A stretch of 50,343 nucleotides of DNA. It comes from a virus (taxonomy: Duplodnaviria; Caudoviricetes). Of the stretch, positions 37,449 to 46,600 are shown piece by piece. Every line of letters starts with the position of its first letter. Within the stretch, counting starts at the first letter, position 1. The notes under the pieces were generated by a model. It ran no database searches. It saw only the letters and a list, made by a program, of their open reading frames with translations, and had not been told where the DNA came from. The position numbers and the translations under genes are program-made. The stretch spans positions 1 to 50,343 of the IMG/VR virus record IMGVR_UViG_3300049924_000116; one strand, given 5' to 3'.

Positions 37449-38678
37449 TCATCTCCCGAACGGACGTCCACGAGGTTTGGGCGGCTCCACGTCAGGAACC
37501 TCAGTGGGATCCCGATCGGTTTTCGCGAACCTCGTCTTTACTCCCGGTTCATAAGATGAGTCTCCGAGGTGGCGCTCATAAAACTCCGCCATACGGGGGT
37601 CTTGCATCTCCGGGTAAACTACTCGTGAAGCGACTTTCTGCGCCTCTTCTTGCCGCTTTCTTTGAAGGTGAATGGCAAGCTGATCAGATGTCATCCCCTC
37701 CAAGGAAGTGGCGGCTCGAATCATTGATCCGTTGTATTCCTTGTCCCGCTCCTCGGCCAGCTTGTGAAGCTCGGTGCGGCGGTTCTGGTGAAGTTCTCGC
37801 TGATAGCGTTCGGCCGACTCGACGACCTCATCATGCCAATCCTTCTCACCTCGTAGTCCACGCTCAAGTTGGTCGGTCAACTGTTCGATGGTCTTGGCAT
37901 AGACTCTGGTGACCTTGCCGCCTTTCTCTTCGTCGTCGAAGTTCTCCCCAAAGCGAGCCTTCCGAATGATACGATCCCGGCGAGCAATTCGAGAATCCTG
38001 TTCCTTGCGACGTCGCTCATTGTCCTGGTTGTAGATTTTCTGGATACCCTTGCCGGCCATACAGGAGCCGATGAACTTGGCATTGTCCCAATCGCGTTCG
38101 GCCTGCTCCCGAAGGTCGTCATAGTGGTTGAGGGCTCGCCACACCAACTGAGCCCAATTGAGCCCCAGTTCGCTGGTGCCGGGGATTCCAGTTGCAGTTG
38201 GACTCATCAAGTCAAGACCTCGGAGCTCCATCACGTAAGCTTCGGTCAACTGGACTGCCCTCATGGCACGATCGTTGACATCACTCAGATACCGAACCAT
38301 CTTGCTCTTGGCTACTAGCGGAAATTCCGAAAACGTCTTGGCGAGCTGCGGGATACTCTCCTGGCGATTAAGGAGCACATTGTTCCCATCCACCAGGAAG
38401 ACCCCGTGGGCCAAGAAGGTGTTATAGAAACGGTCTCGGGTCTCGTATTCGTCCCGAATGCCCGACATAAATTGCAAGAGTGAGAACTCGTGCTGATTCA
38501 AGCTCTTGAAAACGAACGAGACCGAGTTGATCTCACCAGAGATCGTCAAGAACCCTCGGAAGAGCAGGTTCTCGACATCCTTGTAAATCTCAGGATTGAC
38601 CTCTGGAAGCCCGATGGGTACATCAATCTTGATGTCTTCTTGAACTTCCGGGGACTCTGATTCGTAGTCCTCGGACAT
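37449..38678 (-). CDS. Tail assembly chaperone-like protein, 409 aa
   Basis: Immediately upstream of the tape measure. The N-terminal EINSVSFVFKSLNQHE segment is similar to the preceding gene. GAGGT RBS. Confidence 0.6.
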   Translation of the reverse strand: MSEDYESESPEVQEDIKIDVPIGLPEVNPEIYKDVENLLFRGFLTISGEINSVSFVFKSLNQHEFSLLQFMSGIRDEYETRDRFYNTFLAHGVFLVDGNNVLLNRQESIPQLAKTFSEFPLVAKSKMVRYLSDVNDRAMRAVQLTEAYVMELRGLDLMSPTATGIPGTSELGLNWAQLVWRALNHYDDLREQAERDWDNAKFIGSCMAGKGIQKIYNQDNERRRKEQDSRIARRDRIIRKARFGENFDDEEKGGKVTRVYAKTIEQLTDQLERGLRGEKDWHDEVVESAERYQRELHQNRRTELHKLAEERDKEYNGSMIRAATSLEGMTSDQLAIHLQRKRQEEAQKVASRVVYPEMQDPRMAEFYERHLGDSSYEPGVKTRFAKTDRDPTEVPDVEPPKPRGRPFGR

Positions 38679-38686
38679 TGACTACC

Positions 38687-39766
38687 TCAGAAAGAGTTGG
38701 GCTTCTTAAATCTAGGGTTGATTCCACCCACAGGCGGAGCATCAACCAATCGAGCAACCTTGGGGTCTACCTGAAGCTGACGACCTATTTGACCGACACC
38801 CTCTTGCATACTATAGACCTCAGTGGGCGCATTGCTGCTAGGAGGCTTAGTGACCGTCGGAAGCACACCTCCCAACTCAGCATCCGCTTCCGCCTCCAGG
38901 TCAGCATACTGCTGAGACCTCGGGGGGACCGATAACGGTTGCGCAGGCCCAGGTTGAACCACCGGAGGTATGGTCGACGGAAGAGGCTGACGAGCCGTTG
39001 AAGTCACGACCGGTACTCGGTTCCGCATCAGGTCTTCTGGAACCGTCTGCGCGGCTTGCGAAGCCGTTAAGGGGCGGTCAGTGGGAGGTGGTTGCTCAAC
39101 CACTTGACGCACCACGGGATGCTCTTCATACAACTCCTCTCGAAGCTTCGGAGCTTCCATCTTGGTCAGCTTGGCATCGAGTGCCGCTGCTTCTTCCTTG
39201 GTGACCGCCAGCACTAACCCATGTTCGGTCAGGATGCGTTCGACCAACTCACGTGGAACTTCTCCCATGAGACTCTTGACTTCAGTTACCAACCTTCGGA
39301 GCTTCTCGTCCGGCTGCTCATCGACATTGATGAACTCGACACCCTCCTCGGCCGCCTTCTCAGACTTGGCGATGAGGTCGGTGAACTTTCGGAACCCGAC
39401 ATCAAGAGCTTCCTTGCCCCACGTCGACAAGACAAAATCCCGGATGTAAGCATGACGTTCCACCTTGACAGGCTTCACGTCCTTCGTTCGAGGGTCTTCA
39501 ACCTCTACCTCAATGTAATCGACCTTGCGGAGATTTAGCCCATTCAGTTCGACGATAGAACGAGACAAATGGCCTACGCGAAACGCGTTCAAGTAAGCCA
39601 AGTCTTCTAGCTCCGATGTCTCTTGATTGATGGCCTCGTAGTCGGCCGGCTTGAGGCTTTGAAGTGTAACCGCACAACCCATAACGGTGAACGGTTCCTC
39701 GACTTCTCCAACGCTCTTAGCCCGTTCAAGGGCCGCTTCGATACGCTTTGCAGATACTGTTCCCAT
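38687..39766 (-). CDS. Tail assembly chaperone-like protein with a Pro-rich C-terminus (about 359 aa)
   Basis: Lies between tube and tape measure. FTVMGCAVTLQSL...LSRSIVELNG pattern. GGAG is 7 nt before the ATG at 39766 (ORF track start 39784). Confidence 0.65.
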   Translation of the reverse strand: MGTVSAKRIEAALERAKSVGEVEEPFTVMGCAVTLQSLKPADYEAINQETSELEDLAYLNAFRVGHLSRSIVELNGLNLRKVDYIEVEVEDPRTKDVKPVKVERHAYIRDFVLSTWGKEALDVGFRKFTDLIAKSEKAAEEGVEFINVDEQPDEKLRRLVTEVKSLMGEVPRELVERILTEHGLVLAVTKEEAAALDAKLTKMEAPKLREELYEEHPVVRQVVEQPPPTDRPLTASQAAQTVPEDLMRNRVPVVTSTARQPLPSTIPPVVQPGPAQPLSVPPRSQQYADLEAEADAELGGVLPTVTKPPSSNAPTEVYSMQEGVGQIGRQLQVDPKVARLVDAPPVGGINPRFKKPNSF

Positions 39767-39791
39767 CTCTATCTCCACTTTCATTTAGGAA

Positions 39792-39931
39792 GCGGGAGAG
39801 AGTGGACGAAGCGAGAGATGAAATGCGAAAAGTAATCTACATCCGGATTCTACACTAAGGACAGAACCGAGGGTGCTACATCCGATCTATTTTTCTGCAT
39901 ATTATCTATTGTCTTCGTCCGCTCAGCCCGC
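39792..39931. ncRNA. About 140-nt long imperfect hairpin (structured leader or antisense RNA candidate)
   Basis: Arms pair by eye: GCGGG/CCCGC, GAGTGGACGAAG/CTTCGTCCGCTC, AGATGA-A-ATGC/GCAT-A-TTATCT and GAAAAGTA/TATTTTTC. The inner region carries a CTACATCCG direct repeat. Confidence 0.55.
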
Positions 39932-39944
39932 GGAAATCGTCAGA

Positions 39945-40667
39945 TTAGATCCCGACGGCTCGATTAGTTGCCGGACCACCCGCCCAACGGAGCGAATACC
40001 CGGCGCCAGCCGTGCCGTTGGCACCGACAGGGGCGAGGCCCGAGTCGATGAACTCACCGTAACTGGAGAAACCATCGATGATATCCGTCACCGTCACGCT
40101 GCTCGTCTCCGCCACGATCGCGGCGTCCGACGTATACGAGACGTTGTAGCTGTTGAACCAGCAACCCTCGTAGAATGTGAAGAGCGCCTTGACCGAGTTG
40201 GTTACCAAGTTGGCGACACCACTCGGCTGTGACACTGCGTTCTTGAAGCCCGCCACACCAACAATGTCCTGGTCAGAGCTGATTTCCGAGAAAACCAGTT
40301 CCTGCTTGAGGTCGAATGGCCAGCGGTGGTGCTTGAGCGACCGCACGAGACCTTCAACGCCACCCTTGTATCCGACAACCTGGAAAAGGTTGACCGTATA
40401 CATGAGAGTCTTGTTGAGAGTAATCGTCATAGGCTCCGTCACACCCGGAACGAGTTCCGCGATCTGGTCACCGAACCCGACGCCTCGAACGGCTTCTACG
40501 GAACGGGATTCATCATGACCGAACTCGGAAATGACGCCGATCTGTTGGAACTTCTTCTTTCCAACCATGTAACCGTAGATTTTGTTCTTACCGCTGATGG
40601 CAACGCGCGTGTTAGGCGCAGTACCCATCCGGTAGATGTACGTATCATTTTCACGCGGGCTGCCCAT
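39945..40667 (-). CDS. Tail tube protein, 240 aa
   Basis: QIGVISEF...RSVEAVRGVGFGDQIAELVPG...YEGCWFNSYNVSY...VAETSSVTVTD is a contractile-tail tube pattern. AGGAG RBS; strong codon bias; downstream of the sheath. Confidence 0.85.
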   Translation of the reverse strand: MGSPRENDTYIYRMGTAPNTRVAISGKNKIYGYMVGKKKFQQIGVISEFGHDESRSVEAVRGVGFGDQIAELVPGVTEPMTITLNKTLMYTVNLFQVVGYKGGVEGLVRSLKHHRWPFDLKQELVFSEISSDQDIVGVAGFKNAVSQPSGVANLVTNSVKALFTFYEGCWFNSYNVSYTSDAAIVAETSSVTVTDIIDGFSSYGEFIDSGLAPVGANGTAGAGYSLRWAGGPATNRAVGI

Positions 40668-40696
40668 TAGTTAAGCTCTCCTGTTGTAAGACCGAG

Positions 40697-40706
40697 ATAA
40701 GAAGAA
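40697..40706 (-). promoter_or_regulatory. Candidate phage late-promoter motif TTCTTCTTAT upstream of the tube gene
   Basis: Similar motifs at 10715-10724, 3600-3609, 48015-48024 and 41163-41172, each 25-67 nt before a start codon. Confidence 0.45.
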
Positions 40707-40717
40707 GTGTTAGACAC

Positions 40718-40733
40718 CGTGTGACTTCACACG
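40718..40733 (-). terminator. Short perfect hairpin CGTGTG-AAGT-CACACG overlapping the stop of the 230-aa gene
   Basis: 6-bp stem seen in sequence. No clean U-tract immediately after it, so the terminator role is uncertain. Confidence 0.25.
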
Positions 40734-41419
40734 AAGTACGGGCGAATCTGATTGGCGAGCCGTTGGATTCGGTTCAGCTCTTCGAAGGAGCTTCCAATGG
40801 ACTCGCCGTCAGAGGCAATATCGACAATCCGACTCGCCATCTTGTGCAGGTCGTGCCGCACCGCATCTGCATCAAAAGGCTGTCCCGCCTGCTCCAGGGT
40901 ATCTACCCGATCAGCGATCTCCTCGATGGTTGCCAGGACTCGATGAGCCAACTCCTCACCACGCTCTGCGGCGGTACGAAGACCCACGAGGTCTCTAACC
41001 GTGTTCACCAAACTGGCAACGACGTGCTTCTCAGCATCATCGGATGCCAGGATGACTTCAGACAGAGTATGCAGGTGACGCTCAATCGTCCCAAGCTTCT
41101 TCTCGAATTCCGTCTCATTCATTGCTGAGCCTTCAGTGGAAGCTGTACGTTCTTGCCCGGGAATAAGGGATTTACCGCCGGCCCAACGTGCACGTGGCCT
41201 GGTCAACAAAGAGTCCAGGTCGTCCAGGTTGACTGTCAACATAGACTCCCCGCTAGCCAGGAAGTCATCCAGGCAGCGACGGGCGGTGGTGGCATTGGGT
41301 GCCAGCGACACAACCAACTTCAAGACGGAGACCGACCCAAGCGTGAAAGACCGCCCATCAGGCAATCTCACGTAGTCTCTACTTCCGTCCGTTCCGATAG
41401 TTACTAGGCTGCGCGACAC
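40727..41419 (-). CDS. Hypothetical protein, 230 aa (possible internal start at 41122, MNETEF)
   Basis: GTG start. Two-part structure with a helical acidic C-terminal half preceded by GAAGG and a YTTAT motif. Confidence 0.7.
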   Translation of the reverse strand: MSRSLVTIGTDGSRDYVRLPDGRSFTLGSVSVLKLVVSLAPNATTARRCLDDFLASGESMLTVNLDDLDSLLTRPRARWAGGKSLIPGQERTASTEGSAMNETEFEKKLGTIERHLHTLSEVILASDDAEKHVVASLVNTVRDLVGLRTAAERGEELAHRVLATIEEIADRVDTLEQAGQPFDADAVRHDLHKMASRIVDIASDGESIGSSFEELNRIQRLANQIRPYFV

Positions 41420-41453
41420 TCTAAGAGAAGCCTCGCACTAAAGGAATCTTGAC

Positions 41454-42248
41454 TCAGACTCGTAGGAAGACCTCAAGCATGTTGGCAATCGACAGGATGG
41501 TGCCACCCTCGGGGCTCTTGACGCTCCGATCCGTTGCCAGCCATTCCCCAGTACCCTCAAAAGCCTGTTCGACCTCAGTCAACAAAAAGGCCGCCCGACG
41601 TACATCGAAATCGACCAGAAGGCTCTTGCGACAAGCAAAGACGTCTCGTCGCCCATTTTTCTCCGGGCCTAGAACCACACCCCGAAGGTGCCCAGCCCGG
41701 AACAAATCAAACCAAGCTTCTTCCGCATCATCCGTGGTGGTGGCCAACACGAAACCATTGGAACCTACGTCGATGACCCTCACCTCATCCTGAGCAGAAG
41801 ACCCCAGGTGCGGGAGTCGGTCATCCATTAGGTAGTCACGAATCCAGCCGATGGCCGAACTTAGGCGCTCCCCCAGCTCGATCTTGGTGAGCTTTTCAGA
41901 ATCTTGAACGACGTACGACTGGAGGAAGACCAAGAAGTTAGTCAAGTCAGCTTCCGCATGAGAAAGCATCTGGGGCCCGTGCTTGACTGCCAGATCGACC
42001 AGCATGACCAGGCCAGGAGTCTTGGGTTGGAGCAGTGTATCACGATTCAAGAACAGTGCCATTGCCAAGACGATATCAAGCCCTGAGACCCGAGGAATGG
42101 CGAACCTGAGATGCAGCCCCTTTCCAAGGAGTAGCTCCGTGTAAAAGGTCGTCAACCCAATGTCGGTGAAGTGGATAGCATCCCCTCGAAACTCGGGATC
42201 GATGATGATCTCAAACGATACGGGAACTGAAGTGGGTTCAGGAGTCAT
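41454..42248 (-). CDS. Hypothetical protein, possibly a degenerate DHH-phosphoesterase-like fold, 264 aa
   Basis: GLDIVLAMALF...LVDLAVKHG and the C-terminal SPEGGT segment loosely recall phage DHH/DHHA1-like proteins, but canonical DxD and DHH motifs are absent. Overlaps the endonuclease stop by 4 nt. Confidence 0.55.
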   Translation of the reverse strand: MTPEPTSVPVSFEIIIDPEFRGDAIHFTDIGLTTFYTELLLGKGLHLRFAIPRVSGLDIVLAMALFLNRDTLLQPKTPGLVMLVDLAVKHGPQMLSHAEADLTNFLVFLQSYVVQDSEKLTKIELGERLSSAIGWIRDYLMDDRLPHLGSSAQDEVRVIDVGSNGFVLATTTDDAEEAWFDLFRAGHLRGVVLGPEKNGRRDVFACRKSLLVDFDVRRAAFLLTEVEQAFEGTGEWLATDRSVKSPEGGTILSIANMLEVFLRV

Positions 42249-43651
42249 AGCTTTACACCCTCTACTTCAAGTCTCTCGCGAAGGTAACTTTCGTCATCGA
42301 AGGGCTCATCTTCGCGAATGACCAAGTAATGAATCCCGTCCGCACGAACCAAGTTCTCCTTGATTCGATCCCTCTCCTGAAGGTCAAAGTAGTCTTCCTG
42401 AGTCTTTATGTAAACACTAGGGAATTCGTAGTGCTGGTGCCCATGAAACTCGACAATAAGGTTGTGGGTGGGGAAGTAGCCGTCGAATCGGAATCGATGT
42501 CCAGATTTTGGATTGGTAAATCTCCAAGCCTTCCACTCACACTGGTGATCTACGTTACCCAGCACTTGGGACACGGCGGTCAAACATCGACCTTGGAGTA
42601 TGGATCTCGTGTAAGATATCAAGCCATGGCGGTTACATTCACGTAGAATTACCTTTCGATCATGCCCAGTTTCCCTCATGACACAACCTACTTGAATCTT
42701 CCCGTTCTTGAGGACATGTGTCTCCAAGGTTGTCTTTTCCAGACGAATGGTGGCCTCGTCAGCTCGCTCTCGAATGTACTTCTTGGATAAAGGGAGACTT
42801 AGTTTCTCCATGTAGGCCGTGATGGTCTCCTCGCAGTAGTCCAAGACTTCCGCCATACGCGCCCGATCAACTCCGTCGGATTCCAGAAACGGAGCGAAGT
42901 CCGCATATGTCAGCTCAGCCTTCAACCCGTTAGACCAGGGGCGGTCCTCACCGACATACTGCTGGAGTTTCTCCGAGGTACTTTGCAAAGAAGGATTGTC
43001 TTCCTTGGTTAACCCCTTGCTCCAAGCTGGACGACCTAACATCTTCTCGGCACTCTGAGCAACTCTGGAGTCAATTTTCTTGGTCAAGCCCTTGTTCCAA
43101 CGACCCGCATTCTCGGACATCTTCTTTCGAGTGTCTTTCGAAAGAGTAATACCTCTCAAATGGGACTTATCGCGTATGGCCGAGTTCAACGAAACAATCT
43201 GCCCAGGGTACTTACCAATCCAATCCGGATGGGCACTCTGTATGTGGCTGGTCAAATTCTCGGCTCGATACCCACATTCCCGACAAGTCACATAATCCTC
43301 AGGCTCCGATAAGTTGGCCCATCTAGCCCACTCTTGCTGCGCCAAGCACTCTTTGCAGAGCGCCCCATGGCGATCAAACCTGGACACCAGATGCACAAAC
43401 CCACAACCGGAGCATTTGGTTTCCTTCTTCTCCCCTTTGGTTGACTTTTCCTGGTGCGCTCTCGCTAAAGCAGCAGATCTCTTCGCAGTCAATTCGGGCG
43501 ATCGGATCAACGCGCCTGGAAATTGGACTCGATATTGATCAGCCGAAACTGAGTGCGCGGCCTTGAGGTGTCGTGCAAGGGTCACTGCTTCGTGCCCGCA
43601 TACCCTACAAACGACGATGGCTTCCATGTGTATCTCTACACCGGAAGCCAT
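42245..43651 (-). CDS. Zinc-finger/NUMOD-repeat PD-(D/E)XK (Vsr/DUF559-like) homing-endonuclease-like protein, 468 aa (alternative start 43627)
   Basis: Two C2H2 fingers (CRVC...HLKAAH; CREC...HIQSAH), a CxxC...CxxC pair, W(N/S)KGLTK repeats, and C-terminal RFDGYFPTHNLIVEFHGHQH...RDRIKE...YLVI. Confidence 0.8.
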   Translation of the reverse strand: MASGVEIHMEAIVVCRVCGHEAVTLARHLKAAHSVSADQYRVQFPGALIRSPELTAKRSAALARAHQEKSTKGEKKETKCSGCGFVHLVSRFDRHGALCKECLAQQEWARWANLSEPEDYVTCRECGYRAENLTSHIQSAHPDWIGKYPGQIVSLNSAIRDKSHLRGITLSKDTRKKMSENAGRWNKGLTKKIDSRVAQSAEKMLGRPAWSKGLTKEDNPSLQSTSEKLQQYVGEDRPWSNGLKAELTYADFAPFLESDGVDRARMAEVLDYCEETITAYMEKLSLPLSKKYIRERADEATIRLEKTTLETHVLKNGKIQVGCVMRETGHDRKVILRECNRHGLISYTRSILQGRCLTAVSQVLGNVDHQCEWKAWRFTNPKSGHRFRFDGYFPTHNLIVEFHGHQHYEFPSVYIKTQEDYFDLQERDRIKENLVRADGIHYLVIREDEPFDDESYLRERLEVEGVKL

Positions 43652-43688
43652 CGAAGATTTATCAGCTCAGGTTCGAATTACATTGGGA

Positions 43689-46600
43689 CTAGATTTTTGC
43701 GCGGAGGTTGAACGTCAAAATTATGTATAAAAGTGGAAATACTGGTTGATAGTAGGCAGTTGCGTTCAACGTGGTCGGTTCCGTCTCGTCCGGTGCAGCG
43801 CTGATGCCAGCGAAGCCTCCGACGATTTCCTGCTGAACCATGCTCTTGAAGAGCGAGGTCATCGCAACTTCGACTTCGTTCGAGCGGCTCGCGAGGAACT
43901 TGGTGCCGATGAAGGCATCCAGGATCGAGCGCGTCTGCTGCGAAACGTAGTCGGCAATCTGCGTTACCGTCGGAAGACGGGTCAGGACGTTGCTGACGTT
44001 CGTGGTGAGACCCTGGCGGATCCGGATGATCGGGTCAAGGTCTTGGAGGAGCGTGATGCCAGCCGTTGCCGTCTGGTTCAACTCGACCACGTCCATGATC
44101 CGGGGGATTCGCTTGAAGCCCTGAACCTGGCGCCGCGTGTAAGGCGTTGCCACGTCCACCGAGGGGCTGACAACCGCACCCGCGACAGCAGCCGCGAAGA
44201 ACGTTCCGTCAACAACCGTCTCAAACGACTCGTTGAGTTCGTTGGTCAGCTCGATGACCGCGCTGTCCGGGTAGAACGCGACGATACGGTTCGACAGGAG
44301 CCCGCGGGCCACTGACTGAGCCGAGGTCGGCGAAGTACCGGAGGCGAATCCGATGAAGCCCATACGCTCCGACTGATTACGGATGTGACTCATGGTTTCG
44401 ACGTGCTGCGTGAGCGCGCCGTACACCGAAGTATCCGTACTGAGCGGAACGAGAAGGTCCGGCTTGATGTTGCCCTGGAGAGGAGTCTCCAGTTCCTGGA
44501 TGGCCGTCACGAAGTCAAGAGCCGAAGCCTGGTTCGTCGAAGCAACCTTGAGGACTTGCTTGACACCGACCAGAACAGCACCATTGAGGATTCCGAGGAA
44601 TGCTCCGAGGGTGACTCGGTTTTCTGCCGTCAGCCGACCGAAGTTAGCTTCAAGCGACTTGAACTGGCGGAAGATTCGAGTCGAGAAGTCCTGCTTCATG
44701 TAGCGGTAGCTGATGAAGTAGAAGTCCCCGTTCTTCGGTTCAACCCCTTGTGGGCTGAACGTGCGAATCGTTGCGGAATCATTTGCCGAGACGTTGACAG
44801 TATTGGACACCGTCGTCTCCAAGCCAGGAATGGCATAGTGCGGAGCAGACGAGTTGACTTCGAAAGTCGGGCTAACTTCAAGGTCGAAGTAACCGCTCGC
44901 CGCGTAGCTGCCATCCGTTGCGGCCAGAACAGTGAAACGCAGACCCGTCACCAGGTCGGTGTAAGTCTGTCCGGGAACTCCCGTACCAGCCGAGCCGCCC
45001 GTAGGCAGGTTCGACGATACCGTGAAGTTGTCCATCGCGTCCTCACCGTTGTCGCCATCCGTTCCGGGAACGATGCCGACGCCAGTGGCGGCGTTGAAGG
45101 CCGAGCTGCTTGCGTTGCCGAAGGCAACCGAGGAGGCCGCTGCTCCAACCGTGCGCGACTCGATGGTAATATACGTACCCTGACCCGGGAAGGTCGTGGC
45201 ATACGCTATACCCTCAGCCGAGAAAGCCGAAGTTGCCATAAGCGAGTTGGCAATTTCCTGAGCAAAAACCCGCGTCTGAGAAGAGAACTGATTCGTCGCG
45301 AAGCCTAGCTTCGAGTTGGCCGAGCCGTCAAGGATTTGAACCGACGACTGCTCGTTGTTCGTATTGCTCATCAGGCGGAGCTTGCCAGCATTGACGCCTG
45401 TACCGTCGGATGCGGCCGAGAAGCCCACCACCGTATTGATGTCAGTCGCCAGTGTGGCTGCCGTGACTGCACTACCTGGAGTCAACGTGACGTTATATTC
45501 AACACCGTTGACTCGAAACCGGAACTTGTTGTCCAGGTCAGCCGTGAGGTTGAATGGACCCGTAACCGAACCGAGGAGCGTCGCGGGCTTGTTGACAGCC
45601 CCCGTCGTACCTCTGACGGTCGCGAAAGTCTTGAAACCGAGGGTGCCTTCGACAGTGCCCTGGCGAATCTTGATTTCCGAAACGTGGTCGAAACCACCAG
45701 GGAGGGATCCTGGAAGCGTGAACGACCGGATGATAAACACTGCCGAGGAGCCAATGGATACCGTCGAGCAGAGGTTCGTACCGCCGGTGACTGGAGAACC
45801 AGGAGCCGTTTCGATGGCCGTGTTGATTGCCGACACGATGGCGGCCGGGGTCATGGACCCCGGCGTCAGCGTGACAGAAACATCGAAGCCGTCGACAGTC
45901 AGGTTGAGGATGTTGTTTGGCGAGGCCGGGATGGTGATATTACCACCCGAGACCGCCACATGGGAGCCAACCAGGTAACCGCGAGCCGCGCCCGAAAGCG
46001 TGGTGGTCGCCGTTGTACCGTTGACAACCGAGGTCCAGACGTCCGACGTGCTGGCATAGATCGAGTAAGGCTCTTCCGCGTCGTTGGTAAACTGCGCGTT
46101 GGTTGCCGCATCGGAACCGAACGTCACTCGGACGATTTCAGCAACCGGAATGCCACCTACGTGCATCGCGTCTGGAATCGACTCGACACCACGTGGGAAG
46201 TTGACAGTCTCAGTGAGACCGCCACCCTTCTGCTTGAAGCGAACGTGGTAGACCGGAGCATCCTGGATGCTGGACGTGACCGTGTACTGTCCCGAACCGA
46301 GCGAACCCGGAGTGGAGCAAGTCACGATGTACGTGTCATCGACGATGCGGTTGTACCAGAAGGTCGCGTAGAGCTTGTAATCCGGAGGGACTGCATCTCG
46401 GAGTGTCACGATGCGGTTGGCTGCATCAACCGCAACAACCTTGACGGCTGGACGGTTGAGAGCATCGCGCAGGTTGCGACCGACACGGGCGACGATCAGG
46501 TCCGGACGGTTCGTCGGGAGATCGACACGAGCATTGGTCACGCTCTTGTAGAGCGAACTGCTGAGAGGCGTGTCACGACCATTACCAGTCGTCGGTACAG

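Noticed and set aside
38200-38250. Possible short in-frame deletion in the 409-aa chaperone around EAYVME-LRGLDL
   Set aside because: Only an impression of an abrupt junction; cannot be supported without a homolog alignment.
39792-39931. Assignment of the long hairpin to a known RNA (6S, SRP, tRNA) or a simple intrinsic terminator
   Set aside because: No SRP or tRNA consensus features and no U-tract; too long and interrupted for a standard terminator. Left unassigned pending an Rfam search.
42245-43688. Group I intron or intein hosting the endonuclease
   Set aside because: The sheath ends with a complete C-terminal motif and stop, flanking gaps are too short for a ribozyme core, and no intein terminal motifs are evident.
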